Of a stretch of 32,000 nt of DNA, positions 23,119 to 32,000 are shown piece after piece. The translations under genes were made by a program, and so were the position numbers. The stretch covers positions 1,830,001 through 1,862,000 of the forward strand of contig NC_007969.1 of the NCBI RefSeq assembly GCF_000013905.1, in the 5' to 3' direction. Numbering within the stretch: position 1 is the stretch's first letter; each line of letters opens with the position of its first letter. The notes beneath the pieces are model-generated. The model ran no database searches. It worked only from the letters and a program-made list of their open reading frames with translations, and had not been told where the DNA came from. Origin of the DNA: Psychrobacter cryohalolentis K5 (GTDB lineage Bacteria; Pseudomonadota; Gammaproteobacteria; Pseudomonadales; Moraxellaceae).

Positions 23119-25761
23119 CTATGCAGTCACTGCACCCAGCACACTGCTTAGACTCTCATGCACATGCTTAGAGGATACTTGCTGCTGCACATCGAGCAGC
23201 TGCGAATGAGCCATTTGACGGCGTGGCTCAGCTAACGTATTCCAACGTGCCAATACTTGTAGTAGGCGCGAGGCTATCATCGGGTTAGAATCATCTAGCT
23301 TCTTAATCACGTCTGTATAGATATCCAAACCTTGTTGCGTCCATAATGCAGTTGGCTGCGAGGTAAAAGCGCTGATGACTGAACGTACGCGATTGGGCGT
23401 ATTCCAATCGAAATCTTCATGTGCTAATAGTGATTTAATAACATCAGCATTGACGTTGTCAGCAGATGCTTGGACACTAAACCACAAATCAATCACCAAA
23501 TCATCGGCTTGAAAACGCTGATAAAAATCTGCTAAATACGCATCAGCATTTGCCACTTGATGATTGACCATGGCCTTTAGTGCGCCAAAACGTTCCGTCA
23601 TACAGCTGGCATTATCATACTGCTGCTGTGCCCACTCTACAGCGCCTTCCACGTTCGCGCTCAATGCCATATCTAGCACCACATTACGTAGTGCCCGTTC
23701 ACCACGAGCTTCTGCACTGTCTTCATAGGAGTGCAATGGCAGTTGCTTGTAAAGCATTTCCCATTGATCTTTTAACGCCTCTGCTAGCTGCTGATACAAA
23801 CCTTCACGCTGCGCTTTGACCACTTCTGGATCATAATCTTCAGGAATAGCAGCCGCCAACTCTTGAGCTGATGGAATATCAAGTAAACGCGCTGCTAGCA
23901 TTGCATCTTCACCTGCGAGCACTGGCAATGTCTGCGCCAATGCCGCTAGATAAACATCAGGATTGCTCTTTGTGCCTTGGGTGGGCAACAAAATACGGTT
24001 GACCAGCATCTGCGTCACTTGCCAACGATTGAAGCCATTGGTTTCATGTTTGAGTAAAAATGCCAAATCTTCATCTTGATAATCATAATTCAGCTGTACA
24101 GGCGCACTAAAATCACGTAGCAAAGACACCACAGGCTCAGCACTTACGCCTTCAAAAGTAAAGGTTTGTGTAGCTTGGTCTAATAGCAACATACTCTCAG
24201 CAATAATTTTGCCGCTTTCTTTATCAAATAATGCCGTTGCAACTGGAATAGGCAAGGGTTTTGGCGCATCAAAGCCGCTCACATGGCGGGTTTGCTGACT
24301 CAACGTAATGGTCAATGTTTGCGTGGCGCTATCATAGTCTTGATGACCGGACACCACTGGCGTACCTGGCTGGCGATACCAATCGATAAAGTCTTCTACT
24401 TTACCGTTAGTAATACTAAGCGCAGATAAAAAGTCTTCAACCGTGACCGCTTGACCATCATAACGACGGAAATACTCGTCCGTCCCTTTTCGGAAATCAT
24501 CAGCGCCCAAGGTATTGGCTATCATACGGACAATTTCAGCGCCTTTTTCATAGACGGTGGTGGTATAAAAGTTATTAATCTCAACAAAACTCTCAGGACG
24601 TACAGGATGGGCAAGTGGTCCTGCATCCTCTGCAAACTGATGGGCACGCAAAGTCGCGACGTCATCGATACGTTGTACCGCGCTTGATTGCTGATCCGCT
24701 GAAAACGATTGATCGCGGTAAACGGTAAAGCCTTCTTTTAAACATAACTGAAACCAATCACGACAAGTAATCCGATTGCCCGTCCAATTATGGAAATACT
24801 CATGGGCGATAATAGCTTTTACGCTAAAGCTACGAGTATCAGTCGTGGTTTCAGGGCTTGATAATACACAGGCAGTATTAAAGATATTTAGCCCTTTATT
24901 TTCCATCGCACCCATATTAAATTGACTGACTGCAACGATCATATAACGATCTAAGTCATAAGCACGACCGTAATTAACTTCATCCCATTGCATCGAATCT
25001 TTGAGCGCCTGCATACCGACAGTACATTTATCGATGTCAGCAGACTTTGCATAGACTTCCAGCAAGACTTCTCGACCTTCACTGGTCGTATAGCTATCCG
25101 CTAATACATCTAAGTCAGCGACCACACAAGCAAATAGATAGCTTGGCTTATTGGTCGGATCATGCCAAATAGCATAATGGCGGTTTGGCGCATCGATCAT
25201 CTCCCCCGCTTCAACCAAATTACCATTGGCTAATAGTGTTGGATAGCGCTTGTCTGCTTCAAGGCGAGTGGTAAATATCGCGAGTACGTCAGGGCGGTCT
25301 GGATAAAAGGTAATTTTACGGAAACCTTCCGGCTCGCACTGGGTGACAAACATCGTCTCATCACCACTGCCCGCCATATAAAACCCCTCAAGGGCAGTAT
25401 TGGTCTGTGGACAGATACGCACTTGTAGCGCCAATGTCACCTCATCAGGAGCATCACTAATCGTAAGCTTACCTGCTGACAGCTCATAACGCTCAGCACT
25501 CAATGCCTCACCATTCATAGACAAAGCCAACAGCTCTAAATCTTCACCAAATAAAACGATATCGCCTGCGCTTTGACGTACCATCTTTAGAGTACTATCT
25601 ACCTGTGCATGGTCTTCAAATAACTTGATATCTAAGCTGACAGTTTCAACATCGAAGCTTGGCTTTTGATAGTCTTTTAAATTGATTTTACTGGGCGCAT
25701 GGAGAGGTACATCAGGCATTTCAGCATTGATGATTTGTGCATCGTTTTCAGCGGTAGACAT
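23119..25761 (-). CDS. pepN: Aminopeptidase N (M1 family)
   Basis: GAMEN motif, then zinc site HEYFHNWTGN...LKEGFTVY. 880 aa. AGGA sits 7 nt before the ATG. Confidence 0.95.
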   Translation of the reverse strand: MSTAENDAQIINAEMPDVPLHAPSKINLKDYQKPSFDVETVSLDIKLFEDHAQVDSTLKMVRQSAGDIVLFGEDLELLALSMNGEALSAERYELSAGKLTISDAPDEVTLALQVRICPQTNTALEGFYMAGSGDETMFVTQCEPEGFRKITFYPDRPDVLAIFTTRLEADKRYPTLLANGNLVEAGEMIDAPNRHYAIWHDPTNKPSYLFACVVADLDVLADSYTTSEGREVLLEVYAKSADIDKCTVGMQALKDSMQWDEVNYGRAYDLDRYMIVAVSQFNMGAMENKGLNIFNTACVLSSPETTTDTRSFSVKAIIAHEYFHNWTGNRITCRDWFQLCLKEGFTVYRDQSFSADQQSSAVQRIDDVATLRAHQFAEDAGPLAHPVRPESFVEINNFYTTTVYEKGAEIVRMIANTLGADDFRKGTDEYFRRYDGQAVTVEDFLSALSITNGKVEDFIDWYRQPGTPVVSGHQDYDSATQTLTITLSQQTRHVSGFDAPKPLPIPVATALFDKESGKIIAESMLLLDQATQTFTFEGVSAEPVVSLLRDFSAPVQLNYDYQDEDLAFLLKHETNGFNRWQVTQMLVNRILLPTQGTKSNPDVYLAALAQTLPVLAGEDAMLAARLLDIPSAQELAAAIPEDYDPEVVKAQREGLYQQLAEALKDQWEMLYKQLPLHSYEDSAEARGERALRNVVLDMALSANVEGAVEWAQQQYDNASCMTERFGALKAMVNHQVANADAYLADFYQRFQADDLVIDLWFSVQASADNVNADVIKSLLAHEDFDWNTPNRVRSVISAFTSQPTALWTQQGLDIYTDVIKKLDDSNPMIASRLLQVLARWNTLAEPRRQMAHSQLLDVQQQVSSKHVHESLSSVLGAVTA

Positions 25762-26123
25762 ATAGATTCCTATTGGTTTTTATGATGGTTATATTTATAA
25801 CAGCCTTTATAGCAAGACTTAAGCGACACTTTGATACTGTCGCAATACCTATGTAAGATACCTAAATACATTGACTTAAAGCGCCAAATTTCAAGGTGAC
25901 TACTAAATTAAAATAAGAAAGGTAACGATGGTAAGAATCCCTATATAATGGCGTAAATATTGGCGTAATGCGCATTATATCTATTTGTAAACTCTAGCAT
26001 TATTTACAGTAATAGTACTTACATAAAGTAACATTTAGTATATTATAGATAGCAATTGCCTAAGTTTTATCGTAAGCAGTTTACAACAACAAATCTAATT
26101 CATTAAAATTTTTGGAGCTTATT

Positions 26124-26642
26124 ATGTCAACCAGTTTTTCAAAAATCGCTGCCCTCGCTGTATTATCAAGTGCTGTTGTTCTAGCATCAGGTTGTGCCAC
26201 TAAGCGTGCCACTTCTGAAGTCGTCGTTGCCCCTCTAGGTATCCCAGGCGGTCAAGTTGGCTACAATGGTGCTGTTATCGTAGACAACTCAAACGCAGTT
26301 ATTACCGGTGCTGAGAACATCCAAGCCGTTGTATACTTTGCCTTTGACAGCAGTGCGATCACTTCACAATCTGCAGGTGTCTTAAACCAACACGCGGGTC
26401 TGTTAAAATCTAACCCAAATGCAGGCGTAGTTATCGCGGGTCACACCGATGAGCGCGGTAGCCGTGAATATAACATCGCATTGGGTGAGCGCCGCGCCCA
26501 AGCAGCACGTGATTATCTTGCAGCACAAGGCGTTGCAGCAAATAATATCCGTGTCATCAGCTATGGCGAAGAGCGTCCTGCTGCTGCCGGTACGAACGAA
26601 GATGCCTATGCCCAAAACCGCCGTGCTGAATTGTCTTACTAA
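26124..26642 (+). CDS. pal: Peptidoglycan-associated lipoprotein (Pal / OmpA-C-like)
   Basis: Lipobox VLASGC. OmpA-like domain VYFAFDSS...GHTDERGSREYNIALGERRAQAARDYL...NRRAELSY. ATG at 26124 is preceded by GGAG at 6 nt. The track TTG at 26112 is rejected. Confidence 0.85.
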   Translation: MSTSFSKIAALAVLSSAVVLASGCATKRATSEVVVAPLGIPGGQVGYNGAVIVDNSNAVITGAENIQAVVYFAFDSSAITSQSAGVLNQHAGLLKSNPNAGVVIAGHTDERGSREYNIALGERRAQAARDYLAAQGVAANNIRVISYGEERPAAAGTNEDAYAQNRRAELSY

Positions 26643-26671
26643 GCATATAGCATAAGACATTATAAGCATTC

Positions 26672-26703
26672 AAAAGCCCAACAAGCCTATTGTTGGGCTT
26701 TTT
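26672..26703 (+). terminator. Rho-independent terminator of pal
   Basis: Perfect 11-bp stem AAGCCCAACAA / TTGTTGGGCTT with a 5-nt loop, followed by a T-run. Confidence 0.85.
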
Positions 26704-26757
26704 GTTAGGCTAAGATAAATCGCGATATAAACCATAAGTTTCTACAATATACAGACT

Positions 26758-27465
26758 ATGCAAAACTTAATGCTACACGATATTCTCTATACTCAGCTCG
26801 ACCCCATGACAATGACGTGGTGTGCGACTGCTAAAGTGCGTGCTTCACATTGCGATATTAAAAAAACCACTACTTGCTTAGCTGCCCCTCAAATTGCTTA
26901 TAACCAACGCCAGCAGCAACGTGCAGGCGTAAGGCTATTATTGCAGGCATTGCTCAAAAGACTGGATATCGTCGATCGTTTAGATGAATCAAATTTTCCT
27001 TATCGACTCACTCATAGCCAATATTATGTGTGTTTTAGCCATACCAATTGCAATAATAAAAATGCTACTCGAATGCTAAATGATATAGAAAAATCAGACA
27101 TACCATACGTCAAGGTCGCTGTCGTTATCAGTCGCCATCGTGCCTCGGGTATTGATATCGAAGTCAATGCCGTGAAATGGCAGGTAGCAAAGCGGTTCTA
27201 TCATCCAAAAGAGCTGGCTATCTTGCAAGCATTGCCAATGATACAGCGTAACTCTGCCATAAGATGGCTGTGGCAAATAAAAGAGAGCTTTATTAAAATA
27301 CATCAATATACGCTTGCCCAAGGTTTAGGCATGGATTATTCCGCCATCATTTACGATTTACTCAATCAGCCTATAGAAACCCTACCCTTGCTTACTCTGA
27401 CTGACGATAAGACTAATTATCAAATTTCTGTTATTTCCTCACAGCAAACTGTTATTGTTTATTGA
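26758..27465 (+). CDS. 4'-phosphopantetheinyl transferase, Sfp/EntD type
   Basis: PPTase motifs SGIDIEV (GxDxE) and WQIKESFIK (W/FxxKESxxK). 235 aa. Confidence 0.75.
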   Translation: MQNLMLHDILYTQLDPMTMTWCATAKVRASHCDIKKTTTCLAAPQIAYNQRQQQRAGVRLLLQALLKRLDIVDRLDESNFPYRLTHSQYYVCFSHTNCNNKNATRMLNDIEKSDIPYVKVAVVISRHRASGIDIEVNAVKWQVAKRFYHPKELAILQALPMIQRNSAIRWLWQIKESFIKIHQYTLAQGLGMDYSAIIYDLLNQPIETLPLLTLTDDKTNYQISVISSQQTVIVY

Positions 27466-27517
27466 TAAATATCAAATACCTGATAATAAATGACATTTAT
27501 TACTTTATTTTAGACAT

Positions 27518-27550
27518 AAAAAAAACGACCCTCAAAAGGATCGTTTTTTT
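27518..27550. terminator. Weak bidirectional terminator between the PPTase and the porin gene
   Basis: Short imperfect stem ACGACCC / GGATCGT (one mismatch) flanked by A8 and T7. Confidence 0.5.
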
Positions 27551-27594
27551 GTACTTATTCTTCTGTTAACAACAGTATTTAAACGGTTGTTAAA

Positions 27595-28431
27595 TTAGAA
27601 GCGGTAAGTTGCACCAACTTTAACAATTGGCATCCACTCTAACCAGTCTTTATCTTCTAGCTCTTTTTCAGCATCAGCAGCAGCGACAGCGCCTAGAACT
27701 GGATTGGTACCATTAACGGCATTAACAGTAGCATCGGTCTTACCCATATATGCTGCACCTAACTCGCCGAACAAACCGAAGTTATTAGTGATATTAGGAC
27801 GGAAGCCGATAGTAGCATAAGGTGCTAGTTTGTTACGATGCTCTAGATTACCTTTCAGAGTACCGACTTGAGTTGCATCGTAATCAACATTGTTGATTCT
27901 ATAGCTATTATTATTAGCGTTAGCAGTCACGTCAATATCGTTGTCAGGAACGATGATACCAGCACCCATAGTGAACCAGTTTGCCATAGGACGTACTTGT
28001 ACGCCTAGGTACGGGTTGCTAAAATCAGTATCTACATCGTAGTTTACGTCGTTAGCATCAAAGTCGCCGCCGAATAAATCAGCAGCATCGCCGCCTGCCC
28101 AACCAGCTTGAATTTCAGTTTTGTCGTTTAAGCCCCAAGCGATGTTAGCACCATAGCCTAAAGTACCAACTTCAGCACTGATCGCTGCTGGATGAGTAAC
28201 AGTTTGGAAGAAAGTCTTAGTACCGCCAACAACTGCACCAGTGGTGTTACGTAACACACCAGCATCTGCATTATAGGCATAACCAGCGTCTGCTTGATAA
28301 GCAACTGCTACTGGCTCAGCTTCGTATACAACAGCGTCATTGCCATCAATAACGATAACTGGATCAGCTGCAAGAGCAGCAGTTGAGGCTAAAACGGCAG
28401 CAGTGATTGCTGTTAATTGAATAAGTTTCAT
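27595..28431 (-). CDS. CarO-like outer-membrane beta-barrel protein
   Basis: Signal peptide MKLIQLTAITAAVLASTAALA. AEVGTLGYGANIAWG, LAPYATIGFRPNITNNFGLFGELGAAYMG and the C-terminal EWMPIVKVGATYRF resemble Acinetobacter CarO as I recall it. ATG at 28431 is preceded by AGGAGA. The 22 upstream codons in the track are rejected. Confidence 0.75.
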   Translation of the reverse strand: MKLIQLTAITAAVLASTAALAADPVIVIDGNDAVVYEAEPVAVAYQADAGYAYNADAGVLRNTTGAVVGGTKTFFQTVTHPAAISAEVGTLGYGANIAWGLNDKTEIQAGWAGGDAADLFGGDFDANDVNYDVDTDFSNPYLGVQVRPMANWFTMGAGIIVPDNDIDVTANANNNSYRINNVDYDATQVGTLKGNLEHRNKLAPYATIGFRPNITNNFGLFGELGAAYMGKTDATVNAVNGTNPVLGAVAAADAEKELEDKDWLEWMPIVKVGATYRF

Positions 28432-29074
28432 AATTACTCTCCTAAAGTATGAAATAACGCGCCCATAAAAAAATGAAAATCTAACTTTTTTAAACAATCA
28501 TTTTGATGCGAGGATTAAAACAATTTTGGCTCAAAAAGTCACCCCTAAAGATGCACTTTTTATTTACCATTATGTAAAGATTGCATAGATATTGTAATAA
28601 TTACTACACCAGCCCGCAATACTTCGCCCTTTTGTTACACAATGGTATTAAAGCCACCGCGCAGCCTACACATGATTATTGGAATGCTTAACGCTCATGT
28701 AAAGGTATTACAAAATATGTCTGCATGATGAAGCATCTTGAGAAATAACGCAATAACAGTTATAGAGTTAATTACTACAGATTGTTGTACTTTGTGACTG
28801 AACGTATCTAATCTTGCTAAGAAAACCGAAAAATTCTCAGATAATTTTGTTATAAATTCACGCAATGTAAATACGTTACTATATAATGAGAGGCAGGCTT
28901 ATCTAAGGGTTATATTTTGCTAAATTAGAGTCAGTAAGCCAATTACTGTATTCCTTTGCGCTTATTCATTTTTAGCCTTATCGCCTTGACTGTTCTGCTC
29001 TATTTTTAGAGGCGATTATATCCGTTATAATATAGCTACTTGCTTTGTTTTTTTATTATTACTGAGTCATTTAT

Positions 29075-29833
29075 ATGCCTAAAGTATCATCGATTACCCG
29101 TGTGCTAGAGATTATTGAGGCGGTATCTTATGCCTCAAAGCCGATTTCGCCACTAGAGCTATCGCAGGAGCTTGATATTCCGAAGCCAACCATTCATCGA
29201 TTGATTCAAAATCTGGTTGATGAAGGATTTGTGACAATTGATATTGGCGGCGGTATTATACCGGGTAAACGCGTACGCAATTTGGGTGTTGAGCTTTGGC
29301 AGCAGCGACTGTTCTTTAATGAACGTCAAATGATTTTGCAAAAACTGGTCGATGAGCTAAAAGAAACCTGCGGTATCGGTGTTCCTTATCACATGAATAT
29401 GATCTATACCAACCGCGCACAAACGACCTTGCCGATACAGATTTATTTACCAGTGGGCGCAAAGTCGCCAATGTGGTGTACAGCGACTGGGAAGCTGTAT
29501 TTAAGTCAGTTGCCGAGTGCAAGCCGCGAAAAAATACTACAAAATTTGTCACTAGATAAGTTCACTAAAAATACCATCACTGATATCGAAAAATTAAACG
29601 CTGAGCTTGATCGTATCGCTGAAACAGGCATAGGTATCGATAACGAAGAGTTTATCTCTGAGATGGTGGCAATCGCCGTACCGATAAGGGATAGGAAATC
29701 ACGCTACCTTGCTTCGTTATATCTGCATGCACCGACCATACGGGTGTCCTTAGATGACCTCTTAACCTATGTGCCACGACTACAAAAAGCGGCGCAAGAT
29801 ATTCAGTCTCTGGTCTACGAGCTGCCAAGTTAA
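29075..29833 (+). CDS. IclR family transcriptional regulator
   Basis: N-terminal winged HTH (RVLEIIEAVS...LSQELDIPKPTIHRLIQNLVDEGFV) and a C-terminal IclR effector domain. 252 aa. Confidence 0.9.
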   Translation: MPKVSSITRVLEIIEAVSYASKPISPLELSQELDIPKPTIHRLIQNLVDEGFVTIDIGGGIIPGKRVRNLGVELWQQRLFFNERQMILQKLVDELKETCGIGVPYHMNMIYTNRAQTTLPIQIYLPVGAKSPMWCTATGKLYLSQLPSASREKILQNLSLDKFTKNTITDIEKLNAELDRIAETGIGIDNEEFISEMVAIAVPIRDRKSRYLASLYLHAPTIRVSLDDLLTYVPRLQKAAQDIQSLVYELPS

Positions 29834-29861
29834 ATGCCTTGATATAAACTAGAAATAAGTC

Positions 29862-29902
29862 AAAAAAAGGTCTGCACTATTACTATAATGCCGACCTTTT
29901 TT
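29862..29902. terminator. Bidirectional terminator between iclR-family gene and mmsB
   Basis: GGTCTGC / GCCGACC stem (one mismatch) flanked by A7 and T6. Confidence 0.55.
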
Positions 29903-29920
29903 ATTTGTGTGCTTAATAAT

Positions 29921-30886
29921 TTAAGACAATACAGAGCTGTCGTGACGCGCCATAATACTAGAAAAATCTCTATCACCATTCTCGATGGTATGCGCAGCAT
30001 ATAGCTCAGTTGCTTTAGCGCCCATTGGTGTCTCTACATGCGTGTCTTGAGCGGTTTGCATGGCAAGGTTAAGATCCTTTTGCATCAGCTTACTCATAAA
30101 GCCGCCTTGATAGCCATTGCTCGATGGGACATTTTCCATCACTTGCGGGTACGGGTTGTAGACCTCTAGCGTCCAGTTACGACCGGAGCTTTGTAGCATG
30201 ATATCGGATAGTACCTTTGGATCGAGACCATTTTTGACACCTAGATTAATCGCCTCTGCCGTTCCTGCCATCAGAATTCCAAGCAGCATGTTATTACAGA
30301 TTTTAGCTACTTGTCCTGCACCATGCTCGCCTGCGTGGAAGATATTTTTTCCCATTACAGCCAGTATCGGTTCAGCTTTGGCAAAGGCTGCATCGTCTCC
30401 ACCAACGATAAAGGTCAATGTGCCAGCGATAGCGCCACCTGTACCGCCAGAGACTGGCGCATCTAAAAAATCAATACCAAGCTTACTTGCAACTTCTGCT
30501 ACTTTCCTAGCATCAGCTGCTGCTATGGTACTGCTATCGATAACCAAAGTACCTTTTGGTAAGTCTACAAGTAGACCGTCAGAGCTACCTTCTCCTAGAT
30601 AGACAGAATGCACGTGCTTGCCAGCAGGTAACATACTGATAATCACTTGGGCATTTTGAGCAGCATCTTTCGGACTCTCTGCTATATTGGCACCCGCTTG
30701 TTGCAAGCGCGCGGTCGCCTCTACAGATAAATCATAAACCGATAGCGTATAACCTGCCTTTAACAAGTTTGCTGCCATTGGACCGCCCATGTTACCTAGT
30801 CCAATAAAGGCGATATTTGGCTTTGCTGTATTACCATCATTATCAGTCGTAGTTGTACTACTTGAACCTGTATCCTTTGTAGCCAT
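29921..30886 (-). CDS. mmsB: 3-hydroxyisobutyrate dehydrogenase
   Basis: IAFIGLGNMGGPMAANLLKAGY Rossmann motif, DAPVSGG, 6-PGDH-like C-terminal domain. ATG at 30886 is preceded by AAGGAG at 7 nt. The track TTG at 30916 is rejected. The N-terminal leader is Ser/Thr-rich. Confidence 0.9.
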   Translation of the reverse strand: MATKDTGSSSTTTTDNDGNTAKPNIAFIGLGNMGGPMAANLLKAGYTLSVYDLSVEATARLQQAGANIAESPKDAAQNAQVIISMLPAGKHVHSVYLGEGSSDGLLVDLPKGTLVIDSSTIAAADARKVAEVASKLGIDFLDAPVSGGTGGAIAGTLTFIVGGDDAAFAKAEPILAVMGKNIFHAGEHGAGQVAKICNNMLLGILMAGTAEAINLGVKNGLDPKVLSDIMLQSSGRNWTLEVYNPYPQVMENVPSSNGYQGGFMSKLMQKDLNLAMQTAQDTHVETPMGAKATELYAAHTIENGDRDFSSIMARHDSSVLS

Positions 30887-30997
30887 CTCATCGCTCCTTG
30901 ATGATTGATTATGCAATTAGTTTTAATTTTTCAAATTTCACTTAATCTAGTCACTTAATCCAGTTAAGTTAGCTTAAATCAGATGCTAAATATCTGG

Positions 30998-32000
30998 TTA
31001 GCGAACCGCTTCATTACCCAATGCAGCAGCGCTAAGCCAATCGCCTAACGGATGCTCATCTTTAGCATAAGGATTGATAAAGTGCTGCTGTATGTACGCC
31101 TGCCCTTCGCTACTCAAGCAGTCTGCTAGTGAGCGTGACCACTGTGGATTACGATCTTTATCAATCAGTAGCGCACGTACGCCTTCTTTAAAGTCAGGAT
31201 TGGCGGCACAATGTACAGCGACATTGGCTTCTAAATACAGAACTTGCTCTAGCGATAAATCCGTCACCTTATGATATAGCGCATAGGTCAATGCCGCAGT
31301 CACTGGACAGCCATGTCGATAGGTTGCAATGGCTCGTTGTGCCCAACTGTCGGTAGCAAAATCTGTATCAAGTTGTGTGAGCGCCTCATCATTTTGTAAT
31401 AGCGCATCGATATCACCCAAACCGCCTCTGTTCATTAGTTGCTGAATAGCACACCAATGCTGTGCAAGCTTACTAGCAGGCAATTCAGCAACAGGCTGCG
31501 CCCCCAATGCCCGACTCACGATACTATGGGCGCTGTTGTTACTTTCTTTATTGTGCTTATTCTCTTTATTATTATCAGCTGCCGTTTGCCAGTCGCTCTG
31601 TGTTAAGCGCTGCATGATGGCATCATAATCCTGACTTCCAACCCCATATTCTGCTAAGTTGGTCAATAATGCATCGCTACCATTACACATCGCACCCGTC
31701 AATCCCAAGAACAAACCAGTTTTAGCCGGCATGCGCTGCAAAAACCAACTGCCAGAAGCATCAGGGAATAAGCCTATGGTAATCTCAGGCATGGCAAAAC
31801 GGGTACGCTCAGTGACCAGACGATGACTACAGCCTGCCATCAAACCCATACCGCCGCCCATAATGATGCCATCGCCCCACAAGATTAATGGTTTGGGATA
31901 AAAGTGCATTTGTCGATAAAGACTATATTCATGACCAAAAAAATCCGTCGCATAAGGATTTGGCATAGGCGCTGTTGCTGACATACTGTCATATAACCTA
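30998..32000 (-). CDS. 3-hydroxyisobutyryl-CoA hydrolase (enoyl-CoA hydratase/isomerase superfamily); 5' end beyond the window
   Basis: FFGHEYSLYRQMHFYPKPLILWGDGIIMGGGMGLMAGCSHRLVTERTRFAMPEITIGLFPDASGSWFL is the mid-protein HIBCH/crotonase core. The frame stays open upstream of the first Met to base 32000, so the true start is outside the window. Confidence 0.85.
   Translation of the reverse strand, partial: RLYDSMSATAPMPNPYATDFFGHEYSLYRQMHFYPKPLILWGDGIIMGGGMGLMAGCSHRLVTERTRFAMPEITIGLFPDASGSWFLQRMPAKTGLFLGLTGAMCNGSDALLTNLAEYGVGSQDYDAIMQRLTQSDWQTAADNNKENKHNKESNNSAHSIVSRALGAQPVAELPASKLAQHWCAIQQLMNRGGLGDIDALLQNDEALTQLDTDFATDSWAQRAIATYRHGCPVTAALTYALYHKVTDLSLEQVLYLEANVAVHCAANPDFKEGVRALLIDKDRNPQWSRSLADCLSSEGQAYIQQHFINPYAKDEHPLGDWLSAAALGNEAVR

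Noticed and set aside
30198-30602. 134-aa ORF on the plus strand
   Set aside because: It is antisense to mmsB, a typical shadow ORF of a locally GC-richer gene with no start context.
1-32000. Looked for tRNA/rRNA/tmRNA signatures (T-loop GTTCRANYC in a cloverleaf context), CRISPR-like spaced direct repeats, IS termini with transposase ORFs, integrases, and toxin-antitoxin or defence gene pairs
   Set aside because: None were found by eye. Every ORF over 60 aa that is not a shadow ORF is accounted for by a housekeeping or metabolic assignment. The window is best described as core genome with a few accessory-looking singletons.

Overview
This looks like a core-chromosome window from a Moraxellaceae gammaproteobacterium, probably Psychrobacter-like. 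That guess is inference from moderate AT-richness, an Hfq with a long Gly-rich repeat tail, a CarO-type porin, and frequent low-complexity inserts in housekeeping proteins. I can support 30 protein-coding genes, 23 of them on the minus strand. In order they are: rlpA fragment; radA; lptB-lptA-lptC-kdsC-kdsD (LPS export / KDO operon); hfq-miaA-mutL-tsaE plus a long-form QueD-like gene; a 40-codon lysine-rich ORF too short for the supplied ORF track; ynfA and a PhzF-like gene; an orphan UDG-fold protein; carboxynorspermidine dehydrogenase and decarboxylase; DUF924; a CAP-domain lipoprotein; rnhB-lpxB; class I DAHP synthase; pepN; a Pal-like lipoprotein; an Sfp-type PPTase; a CarO-like porin; an IclR regulator; mmsB; and a 3-hydroxyisobutyryl-CoA hydrolase that runs off the right edge. 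Several ORF-track entries needed start-codon trimming (hfq, pal, carO-like, mmsB, UDG-like, lptA). I saw no rRNA, tRNA, CRISPR array, transposase, integrase, prophage, toxin-antitoxin or recognisable defence gene. I do not see a convincing multi-gene novel system here. The best leads are: (1) a ~116-bp palindromic MITE/REP-like element present twice in inverted orientation, one copy inside the lptC-lptA gap of the essential lpt operon; (2) an orphan, divergent uracil-DNA-glycosylase-superfamily protein with an ESPY motif in place of GE(A/G)PG; (3) an unannotated small lysine-rich protein gene with its own SD and terminator. All motif and repeat comparisons were done by eye. No database search was possible.
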